Positions 1 through 9,092 of a stretch of 64,000 nt of DNA are shown here, in pieces. How positions within the stretch are numbered: the stretch's first letter is position 1; each line of letters begins with the position of its first letter. The notes beneath the pieces were generated by a model that did not search any database, was not told the DNA's origin, and worked only from the letters and a program-made list of their open reading frames with translations. The stretch spans positions 81,929 through 145,928 of the forward strand of contig JAUICN010000001.1 in assembly GCA_030427835.1 (NCBI GenBank), in the 5' to 3' direction. Both the position numbers and the translations under genes were made by a program. This stretch comes from Polyangia bacterium. Lineage in GTDB: Bacteria > Myxococcota_A > Polyangia > Polyangiales > JAUICN01.

Positions 1-1
1 A

Positions 2-502
2 ACTGCTGGTACTCTCGCCCGATGCAAAATGGGCGAGCTTGAGGAGAAGATTGCTCGGGAAGGCCTTCCCGCAGTGGAATCCACGGATACCGACACGTGT
101 TGCAAGGATGGCCCCATCGAGAACTTCGAATGCGTGTGGAAGATAGAGCGCGTGTCGTTGCCGGATCCGGCTCAACCTTCGGAAGACGAGGAGGATCCAG
201 CGGCACCTCCGTCCGAAGCGGATCCGGACGATTTGACCGGTGCAACGCCTCCGAGCACAGGGGGCTTTGGCGAAGATGCTACTCCGGCCTCGGTTCTGTC
301 GGGTGCAATGGGTGGGGATATGTTGGGCCAGTTGGCATCCCAATACGCCTGGCCTGTACTTCGGCCGTTTATTGAGGAACAGGTTCGTCGCGCCACCGTT
401 CGTGTGCAATGGAAGGTCGGATCACGAACACAGGGCTTCGACCTCGTGCAGTTTATGGTCGCCCACCCTGGGAATGGCGGTGCGGTGGAGGATGACCTGT
501 GA
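2..502 (+). CDS. C-terminal part of a T2SS-associated pseudopilin-like protein (GspI/H-like by position). The ORF is open to the window edge.
   Basis: No stop between nt 2 and the ATG at 29, so the frame probably starts upstream of the window. The stop overlaps the gspJ start. The C-terminal strand-like tail RATVRVQWKVGSRTQGFDLVQFMV resembles pseudopilin ends. The middle is unusually acidic and Pro-rich (PSEDEEDPAAPPSEADPDD). The product call rests mainly on position. Confidence 0.35.
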   Translation, partial: TAGTLARCKMGELEEKIAREGLPAVESTDTDTCCKDGPIENFECVWKIERVSLPDPAQPSEDEEDPAAPPSEADPDDLTGATPPSTGGFGEDATPASVLSGAMGGDMLGQLASQYAWPVLRPFIEEQVRRATVRVQWKVGSRTQGFDLVQFMVAHPGNGGAVEDDL

Positions 503-1227
503 TGGGATCGACGCGCGCAACCCAACCAGGGTGCAACCGTTCCTCCGAGGACGGGATTACCCTGGTGGAGACCATTGCCGCAGTGGCCATCGTCGCCATG
601 GTGGGCGGCCTGGTGTGGGGAGGGCTGCGCCAATCCCTGCGCAACAAGCAAGCACTGACCAAACAAACCGAGCATTTTCACCAGATTCACCAGACGCTCG
701 AGCGCCTTCAAGCGGAACTGAGCATGGCCTATGTCTCTATTCACGTGAATCGGAGTTATGATCTCCGCACCTCGCAGACCGCATTCGTTGGGACAGACCG
801 GTCTGGAGGTGACCGCATTGATTTTACCTCCCTGTCCCATCGCCGCCTGTTTCGAGACGCCCATGAGTCCGACCAAAACGAACTCAGCTATTTCCTTGCG
901 GATCACCCCGACGGTTCTGACCGACGGGTCCTTGCCCGCCGGGAACAACGGCGCGTGGATGAAGAACCTCAAAAGGGCGGAGACATTCACATTGTGCTGG
1001 AAGACGTGTTGGATTTTCAGTTGGAATACCTGGATCCCAAAAGCCTGGAGTGGAAGGCTACCTGGGATACGACCCAGGGAGCAGAGGATCCCAACCGCCT
1101 TCCGATGCAAGTGATCATTCGCCTTACGGTGCCTGGCCCCGGGCGCTCCAGGGCTCCGCAAACCTTTGCAACACGGGCCTCCGTACCTCTGGTTTGGGCC
1201 CTTAACCACGCCGCATACAACCCATGA
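499..1227 (+). CDS. gspJ: type II secretion minor pseudopilin GspJ
   Basis: Prepilin-type N-terminus: G/ITLVETIAAVAIVAMVGG, a Gly followed by a hydrophobic helix with Glu at +5. Size is about 240 aa. It sits directly before gspK with an ATGA start/stop overlap at 1224-1227. Confidence 0.7.
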   Translation: MMGSTRATQPGCNRSSEDGITLVETIAAVAIVAMVGGLVWGGLRQSLRNKQALTKQTEHFHQIHQTLERLQAELSMAYVSIHVNRSYDLRTSQTAFVGTDRSGGDRIDFTSLSHRRLFRDAHESDQNELSYFLADHPDGSDRRVLARREQRRVDEEPQKGGDIHIVLEDVLDFQLEYLDPKSLEWKATWDTTQGAEDPNRLPMQVIIRLTVPGPGRSRAPQTFATRASVPLVWALNHAAYNP

Positions 1228-2588
1228 CGCCGATCCAAAAGCATACTCGGCACCCGCCGGCCTCGGAGCCGTCATCCTCCCAGGATAGTGGCATGGCGCT
1301 GGTCATTGTGATGACCACCATTACCTTATTAACCCTGCTGTTGGTGGATATTCAAGGAATGACCACCACCTCCTTTTTGGTGGCACGCAATCACCGTGAC
1401 CGCATCCAAGCGGAATACATGGCCAAAAGCGGCCTCAACCTCACGCGGCTATTGGTGGCCAACGAACCCGCGATTCGACAGCTCATTTCACCCATCTATC
1501 AAGCCATGGTGGGGCGGCCTCCCCACCAGCTTCCCGTGTGGAGATACGCAGATGCGGTACTTCGCCCGTTCTGCGACTACGAAGGTACCCAGTCCAGTTC
1601 GATCGGATCCGACTTTGGGTGGGATACCTCCCAGGGACTAGGGAAAACCCCAGGCACATGTTCCGTGGTGGGCGTGGCTGAGAACAGCAAGGTGAACGTC
1701 AACAGCCCGCTTATTCGGGGTGGCTTGGAGGCCCGTGTCAGTGTGGCCACCCAAACCTTTGGGGTCATGGGCGGCTACCAAACCCCGAGTCCCTACGATC
1801 CGCTCTTCGACGGGTTGGATGCCGATGAACAAAGAACCGATCGTTTGGACGTTATCTCAGCTCTGATTGATTGGTGGGACCAGGACACGGAGAAGACGAC
1901 CTTCGATCCGGGTTCCAACCAGGTTACCGTAGGAGGTGCAGAAGATAGCATCTACACCTCTTTTCGGGACCCCTATGCCATTAAGAACGCTCCTTTTGAT
2001 ACTTTGGAGGAAATCCGTCTGATCCGTGGTGTCACCGACGAATTTTGGGATACGTTTGTGGAACCCGACTCCACCAACCCCGACTCCCGAAAACTCACCA
2101 TCTACGGATCCGGTTCTGTGAACCTGAACGACACTCCCCCAGAGGTGGTATTGGCGACCGTATGCAACTACCTGCAAGATCAACCGCTTTGCTCGAATCC
2201 CACGGAGTCTTCCAAGTTCATTCAGTTGATGAGTACGGCACGCTCACTTTTCCCATTCCCTTTCTTTACTCGCTCTTCCGATCTACTCAATTTCATCGAA
2301 GGCAAGGGGGGAGGAAGGGATCTCTACCCGACACTGGTGTCTTTTCTTGGGGAGGAACACCCGCTTCTTTTCACGCCGGTGGAGATCCCGGATGATATGC
2401 GTTCCAAGCTGGACCTGGCATTTGTGGCTGCGGCTCGAATTATTGCGATTCACTCCACGGGCCGGGTGGGGAACGCCGTGGTAAGAATTCGCACGGTCAT
2501 GAACTTTCACGACCGGTGGTCTCCACCACCACCAAATGCCGGTAGTATGCCCCCGTTGGGAATTTTTCACTATTATAGGATCGACTGA
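1224..2588 (+). CDS. gspK: type II secretion protein GspK
   Basis: N-terminal GMALVIVMTTITLLTLLL pseudopilin-like helix without the conserved Glu. About 450 aa. Contains a helix-hairpin-helix-like segment APFDTLEEIRLIRGVTDEFW, typical of GspK. Position is between gspJ and gspL. Confidence 0.65.
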   Translation: MTPIQKHTRHPPASEPSSSQDSGMALVIVMTTITLLTLLLVDIQGMTTTSFLVARNHRDRIQAEYMAKSGLNLTRLLVANEPAIRQLISPIYQAMVGRPPHQLPVWRYADAVLRPFCDYEGTQSSSIGSDFGWDTSQGLGKTPGTCSVVGVAENSKVNVNSPLIRGGLEARVSVATQTFGVMGGYQTPSPYDPLFDGLDADEQRTDRLDVISALIDWWDQDTEKTTFDPGSNQVTVGGAEDSIYTSFRDPYAIKNAPFDTLEEIRLIRGVTDEFWDTFVEPDSTNPDSRKLTIYGSGSVNLNDTPPEVVLATVCNYLQDQPLCSNPTESSKFIQLMSTARSLFPFPFFTRSSDLLNFIEGKGGGRDLYPTLVSFLGEEHPLLFTPVEIPDDMRSKLDLAFVAAARIIAIHSTGRVGNAVVRIRTVMNFHDRWSPPPPNAGSMPPLGIFHYYRID

Positions 2589-4084
2589 TGGCACTGGTAC
2601 TAGGCCTACACATTTCTCCACACAGCATACGCGGGACCCTCGCTCGGGCGGGGTTCCGTAAGGCGGATATCGTACAATATTTGGAGGTGCCCCTGGCGGC
2701 GCCGGGCAGTGATAGCTCCGAGGGGACCACGTCCGAAGATCCGGGTTTCCGGCAAGCCATTCAGGATATATTGATCATGCTTGGAAAACCTCCCGATAGG
2801 GTGGTGACCGCCCTTTCGGGATCTGAGGTGTCGGTACATTCGGTGTCCGTGCCCCTATCCAGCCGCGCGGCCTCAAAGATCAATGAAGTTCTTCCGTTCG
2901 AACTTGAAGGGGTGGTGCCCTTCGAACTTGAAGACGCGGTGGTGGACTACCAAACCTTGGCTTCAGACACGGAACGCACCCAGGTGCTAGCGGCTGCGGC
3001 GGCCAAACCCTCGGTCCGCTCTCATTTGGCTCGCCTGCAACATGCAGGAATCACGACCCGGGAGATCGGTGTCGCTCCAGTGGCGCTCCAGCATTTGGCA
3101 GAACTGATGCCGGAGATGATGAGCCCAGATCCGGTGCTTCTGGTTCACATCGGAAAAAACGAATCCGACCTCTGTGTGCTGAAGGATGGCCGTTGCCACT
3201 TTGCGAGGGCGCTTCCTGGCGGTTTGGATGGATTTGTCCAACTCGCGGGTTCGATCCGGCACAGTCTTGTGGGATTTCGAGCCTCCGGAGGAGCAAAGGT
3301 CGATCGCGTAATCTGCATGGGAGAAGGGGGTGAACAACCTGACTTTGTGGCTCGCCTTCAGCTTGAGTTGGATCTTCCCGTGGAGCCTTTGCACCTCCCA
3401 CCGGCAGAAAAGACGGAGGTGGAAGCAAGCCCTCGGTTTTCCCTTTCAACGGCCCTTGCGTGCACCGCACTTGGGACCGAAAAACGCATCGATCTGCGAC
3501 GTGGGGATTTCGCTCCTCGTCGATCTGCGGACCTGGTACGTAGGTACGGTCGCACGGTTGGTTGGAGCATCGCTGCTGTCCTAGTCTGCGCGTTTTTCGC
3601 GACCTACACCCGGTGGTCCGTATTGAGTACTGAAAACCACCAGTTGGAAGCAAAGCTGCGTGACGCTACCGGTGACGTATTTGGCCTGTCTGTGGGGAGT
3701 GTGGCAGATGCCAGGCGCCTGTTCCTGGGCGAAGGCCTCGCCCGGGATCCCATGCCACAAACGGACGCCCTGAGGGTTCTTGAACTGATCTCGGATAGTG
3801 TTCTAGATGAGATCACCCACAACACCCGTCAGCTGAAGGTGGAACTTCGGGAAAACGGAGATATTGCAGAGTTTGAACTACGCGGATCGGTCGATTCCGT
3901 GTCGGATCGCGACCAGATTGTGGAGCGACTGCGAAAGCACCGTTGTGTTACTCAAGTGGAGACGGGCCGTGCGACACCCGGACCCGGAAACCAGGGCTTG
4001 AACTACCAAATTGAGGGGCAGTACAAGTGCAAGGACAGTTTGGCCATGGGCCTTGATCCCACGTCTGCAGGAGGTGATCAATAA
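2588..4084 (+). CDS. gspL: type II secretion protein GspL (PilM-like cytoplasmic domain, TM helix, periplasmic domain)
   Basis: The start overlaps the gspK stop (TGATG). There is a cytoplasmic actin-like region, a single TM helix (WSIAAVLVCAFFATYTRW) and a periplasmic C-terminal domain. Gene order is K-L-M. Confidence 0.55.
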   Translation: MALVLGLHISPHSIRGTLARAGFRKADIVQYLEVPLAAPGSDSSEGTTSEDPGFRQAIQDILIMLGKPPDRVVTALSGSEVSVHSVSVPLSSRAASKINEVLPFELEGVVPFELEDAVVDYQTLASDTERTQVLAAAAAKPSVRSHLARLQHAGITTREIGVAPVALQHLAELMPEMMSPDPVLLVHIGKNESDLCVLKDGRCHFARALPGGLDGFVQLAGSIRHSLVGFRASGGAKVDRVICMGEGGEQPDFVARLQLELDLPVEPLHLPPAEKTEVEASPRFSLSTALACTALGTEKRIDLRRGDFAPRRSADLVRRYGRTVGWSIAAVLVCAFFATYTRWSVLSTENHQLEAKLRDATGDVFGLSVGSVADARRLFLGEGLARDPMPQTDALRVLELISDSVLDEITHNTRQLKVELRENGDIAEFELRGSVDSVSDRDQIVERLRKHRCVTQVETGRATPGPGNQGLNYQIEGQYKCKDSLAMGLDPTSAGGDQ

Positions 4085-4653
4085 TGGGATTGCTTCAGCC
4101 ATTGAAACAGTTTGCGGAAAGCCTGAACGAGCGAGAGCGCCGTTTGTTGACAATCATGGCGACGATGGTGATCGCTGTGGTTGTCTTTGTACCCATGTGG
4201 CTTACATCGCAGGCCCTTTCTGATCTCGCGGATGAAAATGCAGAAATCCGAGCCGTTCTCTCGGATATGGAGCGACACCGCGACCTGCTGACCCAACGCA
4301 GGGAGGCCATGAAAGCCACCATGGCCCGCTACAACGAAGAATCCCAGGCCCTGAGCAGTGTGCTTGAGGGGCAGGCCAAACGGGCGGGATATGATCGCCC
4401 ACTTGAACTTACCTCGGAGCCAGACAAGGCGTTGGGTGCCTATACTCGAAGTCACGTGTTGGCTCGACTGCAGGATGTTCCACTACGGACTGCTATTCTC
4501 TTGCTCTCTGCCATAGAAAATATCAAACAACCGGTGGCGATTGAGCGAATTCACATCGATCATTTTCGCCCCGGCGATTCCTACGATTTAAAGGTGGGAG
4601 TGTTTAATTTCGCACGCAACCGTACGGCGTCTGGAGCGAGCGGGAATCCATGA
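4084..4653 (+). CDS. gspM: type II secretion protein GspM
   Basis: The start overlaps the gspL stop (TAATG). 189 aa, with one N-terminal TM helix (LLTIMATMVIAVVVFVPMWL) and a periplasmic domain. Follows gspL. Confidence 0.5.
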   Translation: MGLLQPLKQFAESLNERERRLLTIMATMVIAVVVFVPMWLTSQALSDLADENAEIRAVLSDMERHRDLLTQRREAMKATMARYNEESQALSSVLEGQAKRAGYDRPLELTSEPDKALGAYTRSHVLARLQDVPLRTAILLLSAIENIKQPVAIERIHIDHFRPGDSYDLKVGVFNFARNRTASGASGNP

Positions 4654-4680
4654 TCAACGAACAGCATGTGGGTGAATTGA

Positions 4681-5706
4681 ATGGGTAAGGATTGGTTTCG
4701 TACTCTGCTCCGTGCGAGCGGTTATGTGTTGTTCCTGGCGATCGTGTTTCCTGTGTTCATCTATTTCACGTTTCCCTATGACCGGGTTCGGGATGCAGTG
4801 GTACAGCAGCTGGAGACTAGGGTGAACGCTGATGGGCAACGTGTGCCCACGGGTCTGAAAGTGTCCATCGGAGACCTCCAGCCCTATTGGCTGTGGGGTG
4901 TTCGCATGAACGACGTTCGAGCTCGACTCAAGCGTGAGGGTCGCGAGGGTACCCTCAAGATGTCACTCAAAAAGCTGCACGTCTCTGTGAATCCTTTGAT
5001 GTGGCTGTTGGGCGTACGAAAAGGCACGGCTGAGGGAACGTTTCGCAAGCAGGGCACCTTGCACGCTCGGTTTTCACGTTCGTCTGAGGAGACACAGATC
5101 TGGTTTTCGGCGGATAAACTCGATCTTGGAAAAATGGGAGTCGGGGAGTACCTGCTTGGGCCACCCATTCAGGGCTTGCTTACGGCGAATGTGGAGTTAA
5201 CGGTGCGGTCGGCAACAGAGGCAAGCGAAGGTGACTCGGGAACGGGCGAGAAAGACCGTGAACCGGAAACACCTGAAGGCACCATCGATATCCGTGTATC
5301 GGGCCTGGTCGTTGGTGATGGTGAAACCGCAGTTCCAGTTCCAAAACTGGGAGGAATCACCCCGGATGCTACGACCATCGGTGATTTGAACATTGGTCTA
5401 CGCATGGAGAAAGGGGTGGCCCATATGGACCCGTGCAGCTCGACCGGTGAGGATCTTACTCTGGGGTGTTCCGGAACGATTCGTATGGGGCCCCGCTTTT
5501 CTGATGCGCGGTTTAACCTTCTGGCACGTATGAAGTTTAGTGAAGCCTACAAGGATGGTAGCGCGCGTACACGCTCCATGTTTTCACTGGTTGGGTTCTC
5601 TCCCCAGATCAAACGGGCTGAAACAAAAGACGGCGCCTATCAGTTTCGAGTTACGGGAACCGGAAAAGACGTTCGTGCCACTCCCGCTGCCAATTCTCGG
5701 CTCTAG
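4681..5706 (+). CDS. gspN: type II secretion protein GspN (long Leptospira/Myxococcus-type form)
   Basis: N-terminal TM helix plus FPYDR motif (VLFLAIVFPVFIYFTFPYDRVRDAV). 341 aa. It is the last gene of the gsp string. Confidence 0.5.
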   Translation: MGKDWFRTLLRASGYVLFLAIVFPVFIYFTFPYDRVRDAVVQQLETRVNADGQRVPTGLKVSIGDLQPYWLWGVRMNDVRARLKREGREGTLKMSLKKLHVSVNPLMWLLGVRKGTAEGTFRKQGTLHARFSRSSEETQIWFSADKLDLGKMGVGEYLLGPPIQGLLTANVELTVRSATEASEGDSGTGEKDREPETPEGTIDIRVSGLVVGDGETAVPVPKLGGITPDATTIGDLNIGLRMEKGVAHMDPCSSTGEDLTLGCSGTIRMGPRFSDARFNLLARMKFSEAYKDGSARTRSMFSLVGFSPQIKRAETKDGAYQFRVTGTGKDVRATPAANSRL

Positions 5707-5718
5707 GAACCCGTAGCC

Positions 5719-6774
5719 ATGCTGACCCCGGACGACGATGGGATTCTCCCCAACGGTGACAGAGACGAGCAGGATGTGGGCTTGGAGGAGGTGGATGTCG
5801 AGGTCCTCGTGGGCGCCCCGCGCGCCGACGAGGAGGAAGGCGTCGTTGGCCTAGAAAACTTGGGAAGTACGGTTCTTGCGAAATCAAAGCGACCATCCTC
5901 CGGTTCCACAGCGCTGGCCGCCCATGACCCCTTGGCCGCCTATATGCGAGATGTGCAACGGTACCCGCTGCTTGAACCGGACGAAGAACGAAAGCTCGCC
6001 ATTCACTACGTGGAAACGGGCGACGTGGACACGGCGCGTCGGCTGGTTACCGCAAACCTCCGTTTGGTTGTGAAAATTGCCTACGACTATCGACAGGCCT
6101 ATAGAAATCTCTTGGACCTCGTCCAGGAGGGCAACATCGGTCTCATGCAAGCGGTTAGAAAATACGACCCACTTAAGGGTGTGAAGCTTTCGAGTTACGC
6201 CGCGTGGTGGATACGAGCATACATGTTGAGGTACATCCTCAATAGTCACCGCTTGGTAAAGCTCGGAACGACCCAAGCCCAACGCAAACTTTTCTTTAAC
6301 CTGAAAAAGGAAAAGGCTCGCTTGTCCGCCATGGGGATCGATCCCACTGCAGAGCGAATCGCAAAATCCCTGGACGTAAGCGAGGAAGATGTTGAGCAGA
6401 TGGACCGCCGCCTCTCTTCTGGGGAGGCGTCGCTCGATGCGGAGGTGGGCACTCCTGACGGCCGTTCCATCTCCAGGGTGGAACTGTTGTCTTCGGGCGA
6501 TTTGGGCACAGACGATCAGGTTGCTCGGGAAGAGATCGCGGAAAAAGTGAAAGACCGCGTGAGAGAGTTTGGTGCTCAACTGCGGGGCAAAGAACGCACA
6601 ATCTACGAACAGCGCCTTGTGGCTGAGGAGCCGAAAACCCTGCAAGAGCTGGGTGACGATTTTGGTGTCAGTCGTGAGCGGGTACGTCAGTTGGAACGCC
6701 GGCTACTCAACCGAATGAGGGATGCGCTTACGAACGACGTGGATGATGAAGTGTTGGATGCCTATGGTTCGTGA
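5719..6774 (+). CDS. rpoH: RpoH-family (sigma-32-like) RNA polymerase sigma factor with an acidic N-terminal extension
   Basis: Region 2: DLVQEGNIGLMQAVRKYDP and YAAWWIRAYM. RpoH box: QRKLFFNLKKEK. Region 4 HTH: LQELGDDFGVSRERVRQLERRLL. Begins 12 nt after the gspN stop. Confidence 0.8.
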   Translation: MLTPDDDGILPNGDRDEQDVGLEEVDVEVLVGAPRADEEEGVVGLENLGSTVLAKSKRPSSGSTALAAHDPLAAYMRDVQRYPLLEPDEERKLAIHYVETGDVDTARRLVTANLRLVVKIAYDYRQAYRNLLDLVQEGNIGLMQAVRKYDPLKGVKLSSYAAWWIRAYMLRYILNSHRLVKLGTTQAQRKLFFNLKKEKARLSAMGIDPTAERIAKSLDVSEEDVEQMDRRLSSGEASLDAEVGTPDGRSISRVELLSSGDLGTDDQVAREEIAEKVKDRVREFGAQLRGKERTIYEQRLVAEEPKTLQELGDDFGVSRERVRQLERRLLNRMRDALTNDVDDEVLDAYGS

Positions 6775-7627
6775 CCAAAACACGATCGTTGGGCAACTTC
6801 ACGTTGTGGCGACTCCCATCGGGAACATGGAAGACATTACCCTGAGAGCCCTGAACACTTTGCGAAAGGTGGATGTCATTCTTGCGGAGGATACGCGCCG
6901 AACAGGCATCTTACTGCGCCACCACGGTATCCAGGCTGTACTTAGGAGCTACCACGCCCACTCTAGCCCCCAGGTTCTCGACACACTTGTGGAGCAACTG
7001 TCTTCTGGAAAAAACCTCGCGCTGGTGACAGACGCTGGGACACCTTCGGTCAGTGATCCGGGTCACGCGCTCGTGGATCGGTGCTTGACGGAGGGAATTG
7101 CTGTGACGCCTATTCCAGGCGCGAGCGCTCTTACGTCAGCGGTGTCCGTATGCGGGTTCCGCCCCGCGCCGATTCGATTTATGGGTTTCTTTCCCCGCGC
7201 AACCGGTGATCAGTCTCGATGGATCTCCCAGGCGAAGGGTTGCCCCGAATTGATTGTATTCTTTGAGTCCCCCCATCGTATTCAAAAGACGCTCGGCGCG
7301 CTCAATGGGGGCCTGGGGAATCATCGACGTGTCACGCTCTGCAGGGAGCTCACGAAGATTCACGAACAGGTGACCCGTGGAACCCTTACCCAGGTGTCAA
7401 CCACGCTGTCAGACATGAATGCGTTTCGTGGGGAGTTCGTGGTTGTGTTGGAACCGGACCCACAGGATACGACAACGGAAGTGGATAAAGCAGCGATGCT
7501 TCAACGGGTACAGGCATTGGTGGAAAAAGGTATTTCCGCAAAAGACGGATCCGCTGCCCTATCGGAAGAACTGGGTGTACCTAAACGGCAGGTCTATCAA
7601 CTATGGATCAATCGCGACACGACCTAG
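6764..7627 (+). CDS. rsmI: 16S rRNA (cytidine1402-2'-O)-methyltransferase RsmI
   Basis: GQLHVVATPIGNMEDITLRALNTLRKVDVILAEDTRRTGILL and LVTDAGTPSVSDPG motifs (tetrapyrrole-methylase fold). I chose the ATG at 6764, which overlaps the sigma-factor stop by 11 nt. The track ORF starts at 6722. Confidence 0.85.
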   Translation: MVRDQNTIVGQLHVVATPIGNMEDITLRALNTLRKVDVILAEDTRRTGILLRHHGIQAVLRSYHAHSSPQVLDTLVEQLSSGKNLALVTDAGTPSVSDPGHALVDRCLTEGIAVTPIPGASALTSAVSVCGFRPAPIRFMGFFPRATGDQSRWISQAKGCPELIVFFESPHRIQKTLGALNGGLGNHRRVTLCRELTKIHEQVTRGTLTQVSTTLSDMNAFRGEFVVVLEPDPQDTTTEVDKAAMLQRVQALVEKGISAKDGSAALSEELGVPKRQVYQLWINRDTT

Positions 7628-9006
7628 AAATGGGCCATAGCGGTGGCAAATAGGTCGTAGGTGAACTGGCCGTCCATTCGAAAACGGGTTCCAGGCATGT
7701 CGATACCCGGCCTGTAGTGTGGGTTGATGACACCCGAGGCACAGGTGCCCTGCCTTGGGTCACCGCCCTGCACGGAGACATCGGGGTTACAGGCATCGGC
7801 GTAGCTCAAGAGATGGGGAGCATCCCAAAATAGCCCTCCACCCAGATGAAAGGAGATGTATTTTGCCGCCTGGATCTCCACAGCGACTCGGCCGCCAATG
7901 CGTGCGTGCGCTTGTACGTCCGTGAGCCCTGTGAAAGGAACTTCCCGGGTACAACCCACGCACTCCAGGTTGGGAACGCTAAGATAGTCGCTTTGTGAGG
8001 TGCCCAACGCGTCAAATAGGGGGGTGTACGTGCGTCCGTCCGTCACGAAGCTTCCGATGGCGCGCGCGTCGAATACGATGCGTTGCCATTTGTCGCGTTG
8101 CTCAAAGGGAAACATGGATACGCCTGCGGTCAGGGTGCCCTCCATGGGTGGATTCGTTCGCCCGTAACCCACGAGATTTCCATTGGGTTGGTAGTTGCTC
8201 TTTCCTTTTCCCGCCCAACGGGCCGCAAAGGAAAACCCTGTGTAGGGCTCTGCATAGCGGTGGCGCTTGGATGCGCGGGTTTCAAACTTCAGTTCGTTGT
8301 ACCCTTCGCTCATCCCGGGGCTACCAGAACCCTGGCACCGTGGTGTACTAGCGTCGGGGGCCTGCCCAAAGCAGGGCGACATGACCTCGCCCACACCCAG
8401 TGTGCTTTCAAGCATCACCACCCAGGTGGGCATATGCCACTGGCGGTATTGATTTAGGACAGACCAGGCGATCCCAAGGGTCACGGTATCGAGACCCGAA
8501 CGCGTGGGAGACTGGAACGGGACACTAAAGAGCTGGGCTGGTTGGCCATCGGGATCCGTGACTTGCAGGTCTTCCTGCACCAGGGACGCTTGCCGACCAG
8601 GCAATGCCAGTTCCCGAGTGTCGCTCAGCACCACCGGTAGACGCGCGTACAGAGCAAGATCCCGGTGAAGGCCGATGTCCAGACCGAGATCTAGGATGTT
8701 CCGTATGTGGGTGTGGTCCGCGATGTCCACGTAGGCGAGAGAGTCCCGTCCGTCGCCGGTGGCCTCGTCGTTCAGTTCTTTTTGGATACGCCCGGTGGAG
8801 GTCTGCCTACGAAACTGAAGCCGAACGTTGACATCCATCGCGTCGTGTTCGCCAAACGCATCCACCACATCGGTGAAAGAGGCGGGGGTACGATGGAGCT
8901 CAAATTGGGTATCGTCGTCCGCCCGGGCGGAAACAGACAACCCCAGGGTTGCCGCGATGCCTAAAAAGCCAGTAAAAAACCGTTGAAAAGCGAGGCTTCG
9001 GGCCAT
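7624..9006 (-). CDS. predicted outer-membrane beta-barrel protein
   Basis: Signal peptide MARSLAFQRFFTGFLGIAATLGLSVSARA from the ATG at 9006. A GTG at 9081 is an alternative start. Alternating amphipathic strands and a C-terminal aromatic residue (..TAMAHF). No specific family recognised. Confidence 0.5.
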   Translation of the reverse strand: MARSLAFQRFFTGFLGIAATLGLSVSARADDDTQFELHRTPASFTDVVDAFGEHDAMDVNVRLQFRRQTSTGRIQKELNDEATGDGRDSLAYVDIADHTHIRNILDLGLDIGLHRDLALYARLPVVLSDTRELALPGRQASLVQEDLQVTDPDGQPAQLFSVPFQSPTRSGLDTVTLGIAWSVLNQYRQWHMPTWVVMLESTLGVGEVMSPCFGQAPDASTPRCQGSGSPGMSEGYNELKFETRASKRHRYAEPYTGFSFAARWAGKGKSNYQPNGNLVGYGRTNPPMEGTLTAGVSMFPFEQRDKWQRIVFDARAIGSFVTDGRTYTPLFDALGTSQSDYLSVPNLECVGCTREVPFTGLTDVQAHARIGGRVAVEIQAAKYISFHLGGGLFWDAPHLLSYADACNPDVSVQGGDPRQGTCASGVINPHYRPGIDMPGTRFRMDGQFTYDLFATAMAHF

Positions 9007-9092
9007 AGGGGGTGAGGATACGGGCCTGGATTCGGGTTCGCAAGCTGGGCCCCTGGGGAGGACTGCTGGGAACTCGGCCACCGGGATTCATT

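Noticed and set aside
172-1275. Long ORFs antisense to recognised genes: 172-1275, 24320-25411, 26396-27268, 36276-37709, 39495-40439, 42591-43742, 49652-50824 and 53620-54789.
   Set aside because: High-GC DNA routinely produces long stop-free antisense frames. These translations are Arg/Pro/Gly/His-rich and motif-free. The opposite strand in each case encodes a protein with clear family motifs (gspJ, argG, hslU, trmFO and others).
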